From Gemmatimonadota bacterium (GTDB taxonomy: Bacteria; Gemmatimonadota; Gemmatimonadetes; Gemmatimonadales; GWC2-71-9): 49,628 nucleotides of DNA. The notes below the pieces were generated by a model. That model was not told where the DNA came from and did not search any database. It was given only the letters and a program-made list of their open reading frames with translations. The DNA lies in NCBI GenBank assembly GCA_003222205.1, contig QHVC01000046.1, positions 1 through 49,628 of the forward strand, in the 5' to 3' direction. Each line of letters opens with the position of its first letter. Positions within the stretch are counted from its first letter, which is position 1. Of this stretch, positions 36,154 to 44,132 are shown piece by piece. The position numbers were made by a program, and so were the translations under genes.

Positions 36154-38167
36154 CGCCGCCTTCCTTCTTCTTATAGGGCTGGCGCCGGCGCGCGCCGCCG
36201 CGCAGCAGGTGGACGAAGGGCTGGTCGGTACCCTCGCCCGCCTGCTCGCCGCCGCCGACGCCCGGCGCTTCGACGGGCCGTTACTGGGTGACGGGCTCCA
36301 CCATCCCAACGCGGCCGTGCGCCGCCAGGCGGCGCTCGCGGCCGGCCGCATCGGGGACCCGGCGGCGGTCGAGCTGCTCATCGCCGCCCTCGCCGACTCC
36401 AGCCCGGCGGTCCGGGCGGCGGCGGCGTTCGGCCTCGGGCGACTCCGTCAGGCACGCGCTACCGGCCCGCTGTTGACGCTGGCCCGCGCGGCGGCGCCCG
36501 AGCAGCAAGGCGACCCCGAAATGGAGGCCGTCACCGCGCTCGCCCGCATCGGCGGAGATTCGGGCGCTTCCGCGATCCAGGCGCTCATCGACCTCGCCGC
36601 GCCCGGTCAGCCGGTCTCGGTCGTTGTCAGCCAGGCGATCCTCGAATCGTGGCGCTTGGGCCCGCGCGCCGCCGTGCCCCTGCTGGTCCGGTTCGCCACC
36701 GATCCGGATGCCGTCGTGCGCTGGCGGGTGATCTACACGCTGGGCCGCACTCGCGCCCTGCCCGGCGTCCCCGTGGTCCTCAACGCGCTCCAGGACGCCG
36801 ACCCGCGCGTCCGCGCCATCGCCGCGCGCGGCGTCAACGCGGTGCTCACCGACAGTGCCAGGCTCGAGCGCCGCGGGGTCACCGCCCGGTTGCAGGCGCT
36901 CCTCGGCGACCGGGACCCGCAGGTCCGGGTCAACGCGCTGCGCGCGCTGGCGACGTTCCGCGACAGCACGCTCGCGTCCGCCGTCGCCTCCCTGGCGTCC
37001 GACGCGGATGTGAATGTCGCCGTCCAGGCCGAAACCACGCTCGGGGCGGGCGGCGGCCGCATCGCCGTTGAAGCGCTGCGGTCGCGACTCGCGAGCCCGG
37101 TGTTCGCGCTGCGCCGCCAGGCGGTGATCGGCCTCGCGCAGGCCGACACCGCCGCGGGCGCGGAGGCGGCGCGTGCGCTGGCCTCGGACCCGGACCCGCT
37201 CGCGCGCCTCGTCGCTGCGGAAGCGTTGGCCGCGGCGCGCTCGCGCGGCCGGTTGGAAGCGTTGCTGGCGGATGCGGACGGCCGGGTCGCCGCGCATGCG
37301 CTCCAGGGACTCCAGCGCTTCGTTCCGGACAGCGACGCCGCGCTGCGGGCGCGGGCGCGCGACCTGCTCACGCACGCCGATCCCGCGGTGCGCGGCCTGG
37401 CGGCGGGCTGGCTCGCGCACCGTCCCGATCCGGCCGACGTCGATCGGCTCACGCAGGCCTACACCCGCGCCGCCGCCGATCCCTTCGACGACGCCGCGGT
37501 GTCCGCCGTTTCGGCGCTCGCCGCGATCGCGCGCGCTTCCGCCGCCGGCCGCCTCGCGGTCGCGACCCGGTTCCTCGGCGCCGTGCGGCGGCCCGACGAC
37601 TACCTGGTGCGGCGGCTGGCCATCGCCGACACCTTCACCGATGCGGCGGCGGCCTGGGGTCCCGACGTGCCGATCGCCACCGGCCGCAGCGACGCCGATT
37701 ATCGCGACATCGTGCGTCGCTATCTCGTCCCGGCCCTCACCGGGCAGCCTGACCCGCAGGTCACAATCGAGACCGACCGGGGGAGGCTGACGCTCGAATT
37801 GCTGCCGACCGAGGCGCCGATCACAGTCGCGGCGTTCCTGGGCCTCGTGGACCGCCACTCCTTCGACGGCGGGCGCTGGCACCGGGTCGTCCCCAACTTC
37901 GTCATCCAGGACGGCGATCCCCGCGGCGACGGCTGGGGCGGCCCCGGGTTCGTCCTGCGCGACGAGGTGAACCCCGAGCGCTATCAGGCGGGTACCTTGG
38001 GCATGGCCCTCTCGGGTCCTGATACGGGCGGCAGCCAGTTCTTCATCACGCATTCGCCGCAACCGCACCTCGACGGGATTTACACTGTGTTCGGGCGGCT
38101 GACGGGGGACCTGCGCGCGTTGTCGCAGGTCGCCATGGGGGACCGTATTCGGAGCATCCATCGCTGA
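36113..38167 (+). CDS. exported HEAT-repeat protein fused to a cyclophilin-type PPIase
   Basis: Signal peptide, many D..VR..A..AL repeats, C-terminal HRVVPNFVIQDGDP and GSQFFITHSPQPHLDG.YTVFG. Confidence 0.9.
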   Translation: MSVFRRCRTRYACSAAFLLLIGLAPARAAAQQVDEGLVGTLARLLAAADARRFDGPLLGDGLHHPNAAVRRQAALAAGRIGDPAAVELLIAALADSSPAVRAAAAFGLGRLRQARATGPLLTLARAAAPEQQGDPEMEAVTALARIGGDSGASAIQALIDLAAPGQPVSVVVSQAILESWRLGPRAAVPLLVRFATDPDAVVRWRVIYTLGRTRALPGVPVVLNALQDADPRVRAIAARGVNAVLTDSARLERRGVTARLQALLGDRDPQVRVNALRALATFRDSTLASAVASLASDADVNVAVQAETTLGAGGGRIAVEALRSRLASPVFALRRQAVIGLAQADTAAGAEAARALASDPDPLARLVAAEALAAARSRGRLEALLADADGRVAAHALQGLQRFVPDSDAALRARARDLLTHADPAVRGLAAGWLAHRPDPADVDRLTQAYTRAAADPFDDAAVSAVSALAAIARASAAGRLAVATRFLGAVRRPDDYLVRRLAIADTFTDAAAAWGPDVPIATGRSDADYRDIVRRYLVPALTGQPDPQVTIETDRGRLTLELLPTEAPITVAAFLGLVDRHSFDGGRWHRVVPNFVIQDGDPRGDGWGGPGFVLRDEVNPERYQAGTLGMALSGPDTGGSQFFITHSPQPHLDGIYTVFGRLTGDLRALSQVAMGDRIRSIHR

Positions 38168-41013
38168 TGCGCGCCCGCGCCCTGGCGGTCGCGGTGGGAT
38201 TGCTGGCCGGCCTGGTCCCGGCGGCGGCCGCGCAATTCGGCTACTTCGGGCAGAATAAGATCCAGTACCGGCGCTTCGACTGGCGCGTGCTCCGGGGCGA
38301 GCACGTGGATCTCTACTACTATCCGGAAGAAGAGGAGCTGGGGCGGGTCGCCCTCGCCTACGCCGAGGAGAGCTACGACTCGCTGGAGCGGCGCTTCACG
38401 CATGCGGTCCGCCGCCGCGTGCCGCTGATCATCTACGCTTCCCACACCGACTTCGAGCAGACCAACATCCTGCCGTTCGTGCCGCCCGAAGGCCTGCTCG
38501 GCGTCACCGAGTTCCTCAAGCGCCGCGTGACGCTCCCGTTCACGGGGAGCTACACCGAGTTTCGCCACACGCTGCGTCACGAATTGGTGCACGTCTTCCA
38601 GCTGAGCTTGTACGGCGAAGCCGTGGCGCGCCACCCGCGGGCGCGGCTGCCGGGGATGCCGCTGTGGTTTACGGAGGGCCTGGCGGAGTACTACTCGGCC
38701 GGTGAAGACTCGCGCGACGAGATGATCTTGCGGGATCTGACGATCTCGGGCGACCTGCCCACGCTGGGCCAGCTCGCGTACGCCTCGGGCGGCATCGTCT
38801 ATCCGCTGGGCGGCACCATCGTGCGCTTCCTGGGAACGACCTACGGGGACTGGCGCATCGGCGAGTTGTACCGCGAGCTGTGGAAGTACATGACGTTCGA
38901 GGACGCCGTCCGGGGGGTGTACGGCAAGACCCTCGTCCAACTGTCGGAGGAGTGGCTGTACTGGATGCGGCGCCGCTACTACCCGGCCGTGGCGGAGGGG
39001 CGCCCGCTCGCGGTCTCCGCGGAGCTGCTCGCGCGCCTCGCGATCAAGCCGGCCGCCTATCGCCTGCCCGGGGACAGCACCGCGGCGGTGCTGTACTTCT
39101 CGCCGTCGACGGGCTACACGAACATCTATGCCCGTTCGCTGGGAAGCGGCCGCAGCCGCCCGGTGGTCAAAGGAGAGCGCTCACCGCAGTTCGAGTCCTT
39201 CCACTTTTTCGAGTCGCGGATGGACGTGAGCGCTGCCGGCGTCGTGGTGTTCGGCAGTCGCTACCAGGACCGCGACGCCCTGTTTTTCTGGAGCCTCGAC
39301 AAGCGCCGCGTCGTCGGCCGCTACCAGTTCCCCGAGCTCGTGTCCATCCTGTCGCCGGCGTGGGTGCCCGACGGCAAGAGCGTTGTGTTCAGCGGGCTCG
39401 CGGTCTCGGGGTACTCCGATCTCTACCGGCTCTGGCTCGCCGACGGCCGGCTCGAGCGCCTCACCTCCGATCGCTACCAGGACCTCGATCCGTCGGTGAG
39501 CCCCGATGGGCGCAGCGTCGTCTTCAGCTCGGACCGCACCACGTTCGGGCCGCAGGGAGGGCGCAACCTCTTCACGCTCGACCTCGCGACGGGCGTGATC
39601 CGCTACCTCACCTACGGGCGGTGGCTGGACGACGGGCCCCGCTGGTCGACCACGACGCACCGCGTGTACTTCTCGAGCGATCGCGACGGGATTCCGCAGA
39701 TCTATTCCGTGGACTCGAGCGGCGCCGGCCGGCGCGAGACGAGCACCCTCAACGGCGCCTTCGATCCGCAGTACGTCGAGGGCGAAGACGGCCTCGTGTT
39801 CGGTGGCTTCGCCGACCTGAGCTGGAACCTCTACTTCGCGCACCTGGCGACCGACAGCGCCGGCCCGACTTTCGCCCTGGCCGAGCCGCGCGCGCCCGCC
39901 GAGTGGAGCTGGCCGGAGCTCGCGAACTCCCAGTACGCCCGCGCCGACGCCTCGCCGTACGAGCGGAAGTACACCCTCGACTTTGCGGCGGGCGACGCGG
40001 TGCTGGCGCCGGGCCTGGGCTCGGCCCAAGGCGCGCTGTTCCTGTTCAGCGACCTCTTGAGCGATCACCAGCTGTACGTCGAGCTGTCGTCGTTCCAGGG
40101 GAGCGGTCTGGGGAATCTGCTCGACAACTTCAACGGCACCGTCTTCTACCTGAACCAGGCCCGGCGCGTCAACTGGGGCGTCGGCATCTTCCGCCTGCGG
40201 GGGCTGTTCTTCGAATCGGATTTCAGCACGCTGTTCCAGGAACGCTCGGCGGGGGCGTTCGCCCAGGTCCGCTACCCGTTCTCCCGCTTCCGGCGCCTGG
40301 AGGCGGAGTACCGCGTCGAGCACTCCGACCGCTTCGACATCACGCGGCCCGACGTGCTGACGGGCGATCCCAGCGCCTTCCACCGCGTCGGCTGGCTGGC
40401 GTCGAACTACTTGAGCTACATCGAGGACAACACACTGTGGCTGCCGACGGGCCCGGTCGACGGCGAGCGCTACAACTTCACCGCCGGGTTGGTGAACGAT
40501 ATGAGCCACGGGCGCTTCGACGCCTGGGTGCTCTCCGGCGACTGGCGGCACTACTACCGCACCTCGCTGCGCAGCGCGTTCGCCGTGCGGCTGCTGGGCT
40601 ACTTCGCCGGCGGTGAGCGCCCCCGCCGCATCAGCATCGGCGGCTCGTGGGCCCTGCGGGGCTATCCGGGGTTCGGCTACGTCACGGGCACCCGCGCCTG
40701 GCTGGTCAACACCGAGTGGCGGTTCCCGATCACGGACTTTCTCACCATCGGCTTTCCGTTCGGGGCGCTGCGCCTCCCGGGCGTGCAGGGCGCCCTCTTC
40801 GCCGACTATGGGCGCGCGTGGAGCGAAGTGTCGACCGCGCGGGGCGCGCTGGGTAGCACGGGGCTCGGGCTCCGGATGCCGGTGGGGGCGCCGCTGGTGC
40901 TGCGGCTCGATATCGGGTACCGGTTCCATTCCGGCGACCTGAGCCTCTACAGCCTCCCCGATCCCGGGCGCCGCCGGCGCTTCGTCGACTTCTTTTTCGG
41001 GTTTAACTATTGA
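38167..41013 (+). CDS. Omp85/BamA-type barrel fused to a zinc-peptidase (MA-like) domain and PD40 beta-propeller
   Basis: Signal peptide (AAA/Q), HELVH plus PLWFTEGLAEY, PAWVPDGKSVVFS and PSVSPDGRSVVFSS repeats, LRGY lid-lock motif, and C-terminal FFFGFNY beta-signal. Confidence 0.88.
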   Translation: MRARALAVAVGLLAGLVPAAAAQFGYFGQNKIQYRRFDWRVLRGEHVDLYYYPEEEELGRVALAYAEESYDSLERRFTHAVRRRVPLIIYASHTDFEQTNILPFVPPEGLLGVTEFLKRRVTLPFTGSYTEFRHTLRHELVHVFQLSLYGEAVARHPRARLPGMPLWFTEGLAEYYSAGEDSRDEMILRDLTISGDLPTLGQLAYASGGIVYPLGGTIVRFLGTTYGDWRIGELYRELWKYMTFEDAVRGVYGKTLVQLSEEWLYWMRRRYYPAVAEGRPLAVSAELLARLAIKPAAYRLPGDSTAAVLYFSPSTGYTNIYARSLGSGRSRPVVKGERSPQFESFHFFESRMDVSAAGVVVFGSRYQDRDALFFWSLDKRRVVGRYQFPELVSILSPAWVPDGKSVVFSGLAVSGYSDLYRLWLADGRLERLTSDRYQDLDPSVSPDGRSVVFSSDRTTFGPQGGRNLFTLDLATGVIRYLTYGRWLDDGPRWSTTTHRVYFSSDRDGIPQIYSVDSSGAGRRETSTLNGAFDPQYVEGEDGLVFGGFADLSWNLYFAHLATDSAGPTFALAEPRAPAEWSWPELANSQYARADASPYERKYTLDFAAGDAVLAPGLGSAQGALFLFSDLLSDHQLYVELSSFQGSGLGNLLDNFNGTVFYLNQARRVNWGVGIFRLRGLFFESDFSTLFQERSAGAFAQVRYPFSRFRRLEAEYRVEHSDRFDITRPDVLTGDPSAFHRVGWLASNYLSYIEDNTLWLPTGPVDGERYNFTAGLVNDMSHGRFDAWVLSGDWRHYYRTSLRSAFAVRLLGYFAGGERPRRISIGGSWALRGYPGFGYVTGTRAWLVNTEWRFPITDFLTIGFPFGALRLPGVQGALFADYGRAWSEVSTARGALGSTGLGLRMPVGAPLVLRLDIGYRFHSGDLSLYSLPDPGRRRRFVDFFFGFNY

Positions 41014-41732
41014 TCCGGCAACGCGTTTCGCTTGACCGGCTCCGCGCGCTTTCCTACATTGGCGCCGTGGTCGGGGCCGCGGCGTGTCATCCCCGTCCGG
41101 GCCCGCTGGTGCCGGCGCCGCTGCCGGCGCTGGACCGGGACACCGCGGTGGCGTGGATGCGCGCGACGCTGCCGCGGCACCCGGCGGCGATCCGGTTCCG
41201 GTGGAAGTACCGGGACGACCGGCTCAGCGCCGCGGGACGGGGACAGGCGCGGATCGCGCCACCGGATTCGCTACGCCTGGACTACGTCGCGACGCTGGGG
41301 GTCAAATCCGGAGCCGGGGTGGTGGTCGGCGACTCGATTCAGTGGGCGGACCCGGAAAAGGATTTTCGCTCCCTCGTCCCCGCGATCCCGATGCTGTGGG
41401 CCGGGCTCGGGTATGTGCGGGCACCGGCGGACACCGCCGCGGTGTACGGCCGGACGGGCGCCGGCGCGATCGACGGCTGGACGGTGCGGGTCGTGGCGGG
41501 CGTGGACACGCTCGAGTACGTCGTGACCGAGGGACGCGAGCGGGTGCTGGAGGCGCAGTGGCGAAGGGCGGGGAAGGTGGTGGCGGCGAGCAGGACGCGG
41601 TTCGGCGCGAACGCGCTGCCCGCTGCGGCCCGGATCGACTTTCCGGAAGGACCGGCGCGCTTTGAGCTCACGGTTGTGGCGGTGGACACCGTGGCGGAGA
41701 TTCCGCCCGCGCTCTGGCGCAGTCGTCGCTAG
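41010..41732 (+). CDS. hypothetical lipoprotein (possibly LolB/DUF4292-like)
   Basis: TTG overlapping the upstream stop, lipobox-like AAAC, beta-rich body with PPDSLRLD. The fold assignment is a guess. Confidence 0.7.
   Translation: MIRQRVSLDRLRALSYIGAVVGAAACHPRPGPLVPAPLPALDRDTAVAWMRATLPRHPAAIRFRWKYRDDRLSAAGRGQARIAPPDSLRLDYVATLGVKSGAGVVVGDSIQWADPEKDFRSLVPAIPMLWAGLGYVRAPADTAAVYGRTGAGAIDGWTVRVVAGVDTLEYVVTEGRERVLEAQWRRAGKVVAASRTRFGANALPAAARIDFPEGPARFELTVVAVDTVAEIPPALWRSRR
41032..41060 (+). promoter_or_regulatory. internal sigma70-like promoter TTGACC-N17-TACATT
   Basis: Good consensus and spacing; predicted +1 near the in-frame GTG at 41067. Confidence 0.5.
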
Positions 41733-42198
41733 CGTCGCGGCGCTGATCGCCGCGGGGTGTCTCTATCGTTTCACCGGCGGCGGGCTGCCCAACGTCCGCA
41801 CCGTGGCCATCCTGCCCTTCGACAACGACACGCCTGAGCCGGTGCTTACGCAGGAAGTGAACACCGCGGTCCGGGAAGCGATGGAAGGGCGGCTGGGGTT
41901 GCGGCTCGCCGGCGAGCAGACCGCCGACGCCGTGGTGCGCGGCCGCATCGCGCGCTACGACCCGGATGTCCCCGTCGTCATCCAGCCCGGCGTCGGCAGT
42001 GTGAACGTGACGCAGCGGCAGGTGCAGCTGACCGTCGACGTCGAGATCATCGATCAGCGCGACGGCAAGCCGCTCTGGAAGAAGCAGGGCCTGACGGTGA
42101 CCGGGGAGTACCAGCCGCCGCAGGAAGCGGACGGGCGCAAGAAAGCCCTCGACAAGCTCGTGACCGAGATCGTGGACGGAGCGCAGTCCCAGTGGTGA
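41662..42198 (+). CDS. lptE: LPS assembly lipoprotein LptE-like
   Basis: Lipobox AAGC then YRFTGGGLP.VRTVAILPFDNDT, ADAVVRG.I..Y, and V...D....LW. The only starts are TTG 41662 and 41674. Confidence 0.78.
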   Translation: MSSRLWRWTPWRRFRPRSGAVVASVAALIAAGCLYRFTGGGLPNVRTVAILPFDNDTPEPVLTQEVNTAVREAMEGRLGLRLAGEQTADAVVRGRIARYDPDVPVVIQPGVGSVNVTQRQVQLTVDVEIIDQRDGKPLWKKQGLTVTGEYQPPQEADGRKKALDKLVTEIVDGAQSQW

Positions 42199-42572
42199 CC
42201 GGGGGAGGCGACCGGGCGGCGCGGCGCGGCGCGAGCAGCCTGGGGTGCCTCATCTCGATTCTCGTCTTCGTGGCGATCATCTACTACGCGATCCACATCG
42301 GTGAGGTGTACTTCCGCTACTACAACCTGCTCGACGAGATCCAGCAGCAGGCCCATCTCGCGGCGGCGCTCGACGACGGGACCATCCAGCGCCGCATCGT
42401 CCTGAAGGTGCAGGAGATCGGGCTGCCCGACGAAGCGGCGGCGAACCTGCGCGTGCGCCGCACCGCGATGCCGCGGGAGATCACCATCGAGACCTCCTAC
42501 AGCGAAACGGTTCATCTCCCGCTGTTCAACCACACCTTTAATTTCCATCCGCGCACCAACGAGCCGCTCTGA
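42192..42572 (+). CDS. hypothetical protein with pilin-like N-terminal TM (DUF4845-like)
   Basis: RRG followed by a hydrophobic helix and a small alpha/beta body. Confidence 0.7.
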   Translation: MVTGGGDRAARRGASSLGCLISILVFVAIIYYAIHIGEVYFRYYNLLDEIQQQAHLAAALDDGTIQRRIVLKVQEIGLPDEAAANLRVRRTAMPREITIETSYSETVHLPLFNHTFNFHPRTNEPL

Positions 42573-42587
42573 GCGAGGGGCGGCGCG

Positions 42588-43064
42588 GTGACCACCGCGG
42601 CGAAGGTCCGGTCCGCGGCGGATGCGGTCGGCTGGCGCCGCTCGCAGCGCGGGCCCGTGGTGTTCACCAACGGCGTGTTCGACCTGCTCCACGCCGGCCA
42701 TGTGGAGCTGTTGGAGGCCGCGCGCACCGAAGGCGAGGCGCTGGTGGTCGGGGTGAACAGCGACGCGTCGGTGCGCCGGCTTGGCAAAGGGAGCGATCGG
42801 CCCGTCGTCGCCGAGGCCGACCGGGCCCGGCTGCTCGCCGCGCTGGCCACGGTCGACTGCGTCGTGCTCTTCGACGAGGACACGCCGCTCCAGCTGATCC
42901 GCCGCCTCCACCCCGATGTGCTCGTCAAGGGCGCGGATTACGCGCGCGATCAGATCGTCGGGGCGGATGAGGTCGAGGGCTGGGGGGGCCGGGTGGTACG
43001 CGTGCCGTTACTGGAAGGCAAGTCCACGACTGACCTGCTGCGCAAGCTTCACGATGTGAAATGA
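42588..43064 (+). CDS. rfaE2: D-glycero-beta-D-manno-heptose 1-phosphate adenylyltransferase
   Basis: [40 protein letters not shown] and STT. Confidence 0.93.
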   Translation: MTTAAKVRSAADAVGWRRSQRGPVVFTNGVFDLLHAGHVELLEAARTEGEALVVGVNSDASVRRLGKGSDRPVVAEADRARLLAALATVDCVVLFDEDTPLQLIRRLHPDVLVKGADYARDQIVGADEVEGWGGRVVRVPLLEGKSTTDLLRKLHDVK

Positions 43065-43074
43065 CCCGCCCGCC

Positions 43075-43103
43075 CAATCCGCAATCCGCAATCCGCAATC
43101 CGC
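43075..43103. repeat. perfect heptamer tandem repeat (CAATCCG)x4
   Basis: Sits where a Shine-Dalgarno sequence would be, directly before the rdgB ATG at 43105. Confidence 0.92.
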
Positions 43104-43104
43104 C

Positions 43105-43731
43105 ATGAACCTCCTCGTCGCGACCCGCAGCCCGGGCAAGGCGCGGGAGATCCGCGACTTGCTGGCGGGCCTGCCGTTCGAGGTCATGTTCCCGGCCGAC
43201 GCGCACCTCGAGCGCCTGCCCGAGGAAGACGACCTGGAGCAGGGCACGAGCTACGCCGAGAACGCCGTGGCCAAGGCGCGGTACTTCGCGCAACGCAGCG
43301 GGCGGCCCACCGTCACGGACGACTCCGGTCTCGAGGTGGATGCGTTGCAGGGCCGCCCCGGCGTTCGTTCGGCGCGCTGGGCGGGGGGCGGGCGGGGCGC
43401 GGCGGGTGCCGACCTCGATCGCCGCAACAATGAAAAGCTGCTCGCCGCGCTGCAGGAGGTGCCCGAGGCCCAGCGCACGGCCCGCTACCGCTGCGTCGTG
43501 GCGTACCTCGAGACCCCGACGGCGGCGCCCGAGATCGTGGAGGCGAGCTGCGAGGGGTACATCCTCGACGCGCCGCGCGGGACCGGGGGGTTCGGCTACG
43601 ATCCCCTGTTCTTCTCGACCGACCTGCAGATGAGCTTCGGCGAGGCGGCCCCGGGCGCCAAGCACCGCGTCTCCCACCGCGGCCGGGCGTTCCGGGCGCT
43701 GATCGAGGTGCTGTTGCGACGGGTGAAGTAG
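43105..43731 (+). CDS. rdgB: non-canonical purine NTP pyrophosphatase (RdgB/HAM1)
   Basis: ATRSPGK, ENAVAKA, DDSGLEVDAL.G.PGVRSAR, GFGYDPLF and SHRGRA. Confidence 0.94.
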   Translation: MNLLVATRSPGKAREIRDLLAGLPFEVMFPADAHLERLPEEDDLEQGTSYAENAVAKARYFAQRSGRPTVTDDSGLEVDALQGRPGVRSARWAGGGRGAAGADLDRRNNEKLLAALQEVPEAQRTARYRCVVAYLETPTAAPEIVEASCEGYILDAPRGTGGFGYDPLFFSTDLQMSFGEAAPGAKHRVSHRGRAFRALIEVLLRRVK

Positions 43732-43783
43732 TTTAGGTTTCCTGTGCGCCTAGGCGCCTCTGCGTCTACGCGTCCAGTCTTCT

Positions 43784-43857
43784 CGGGGTGTGGCGCAGCC
43801 CGGTAGCGCGCCTGGTTTGGGACCAGGAGGCCGCGGGTTCAAATCCCGCCGCCCCGA
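43784..43857 (+). tRNA. tRNA-Pro (UGG)
   Basis: Cloverleaf with anticodon arm CCTGG-TTTGGGA-CCAGG, GGTTCAAATCC, C1-G72 and A73; CCA not encoded. Confidence 0.95.
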
Positions 43858-43861
43858 CTTC

Positions 43862-43935
43862 GCGCCCGTAGCTCAACTGGACAGAGCGCTGGGTTTCTAA
43901 CCCAAGGGTTGGAGGTTCGAGTCCTCCCGGGCGCG
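43862..43935 (+). tRNA. tRNA-Arg (UCU)
   Basis: GCGCCCG/CGGGCGC acceptor, anticodon loop TTTCTAA, T arm GGAGG-TTCGAGT-CCTCC, and a C27-A43 mismatch. Confidence 0.93.
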
Positions 43936-44132
43936 TCGCCTTGACAGCTCTCCTGCCGCGAGCCATCTCCTAGCCAAGTCGGCCCCCGGGGGATTGCTGT
44001 GCGCCCTGCCGTCTCACCCTCGTCGACTTCGCTGCTTGGAGCCGTGCCACTTCGTGTGCCTGGCGCGGCGTACCGGATGAGCTGTCCCGCCGAGATCTCG
44101 CCGCTTCTTCGTTTAGCTACAGGAGCTCCTTT

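Noticed and set aside
13721-43103. Short repeat arrays as CRISPR
   Set aside because: The units are 7-8 bp with no spacers, and there are no cas genes in the window.
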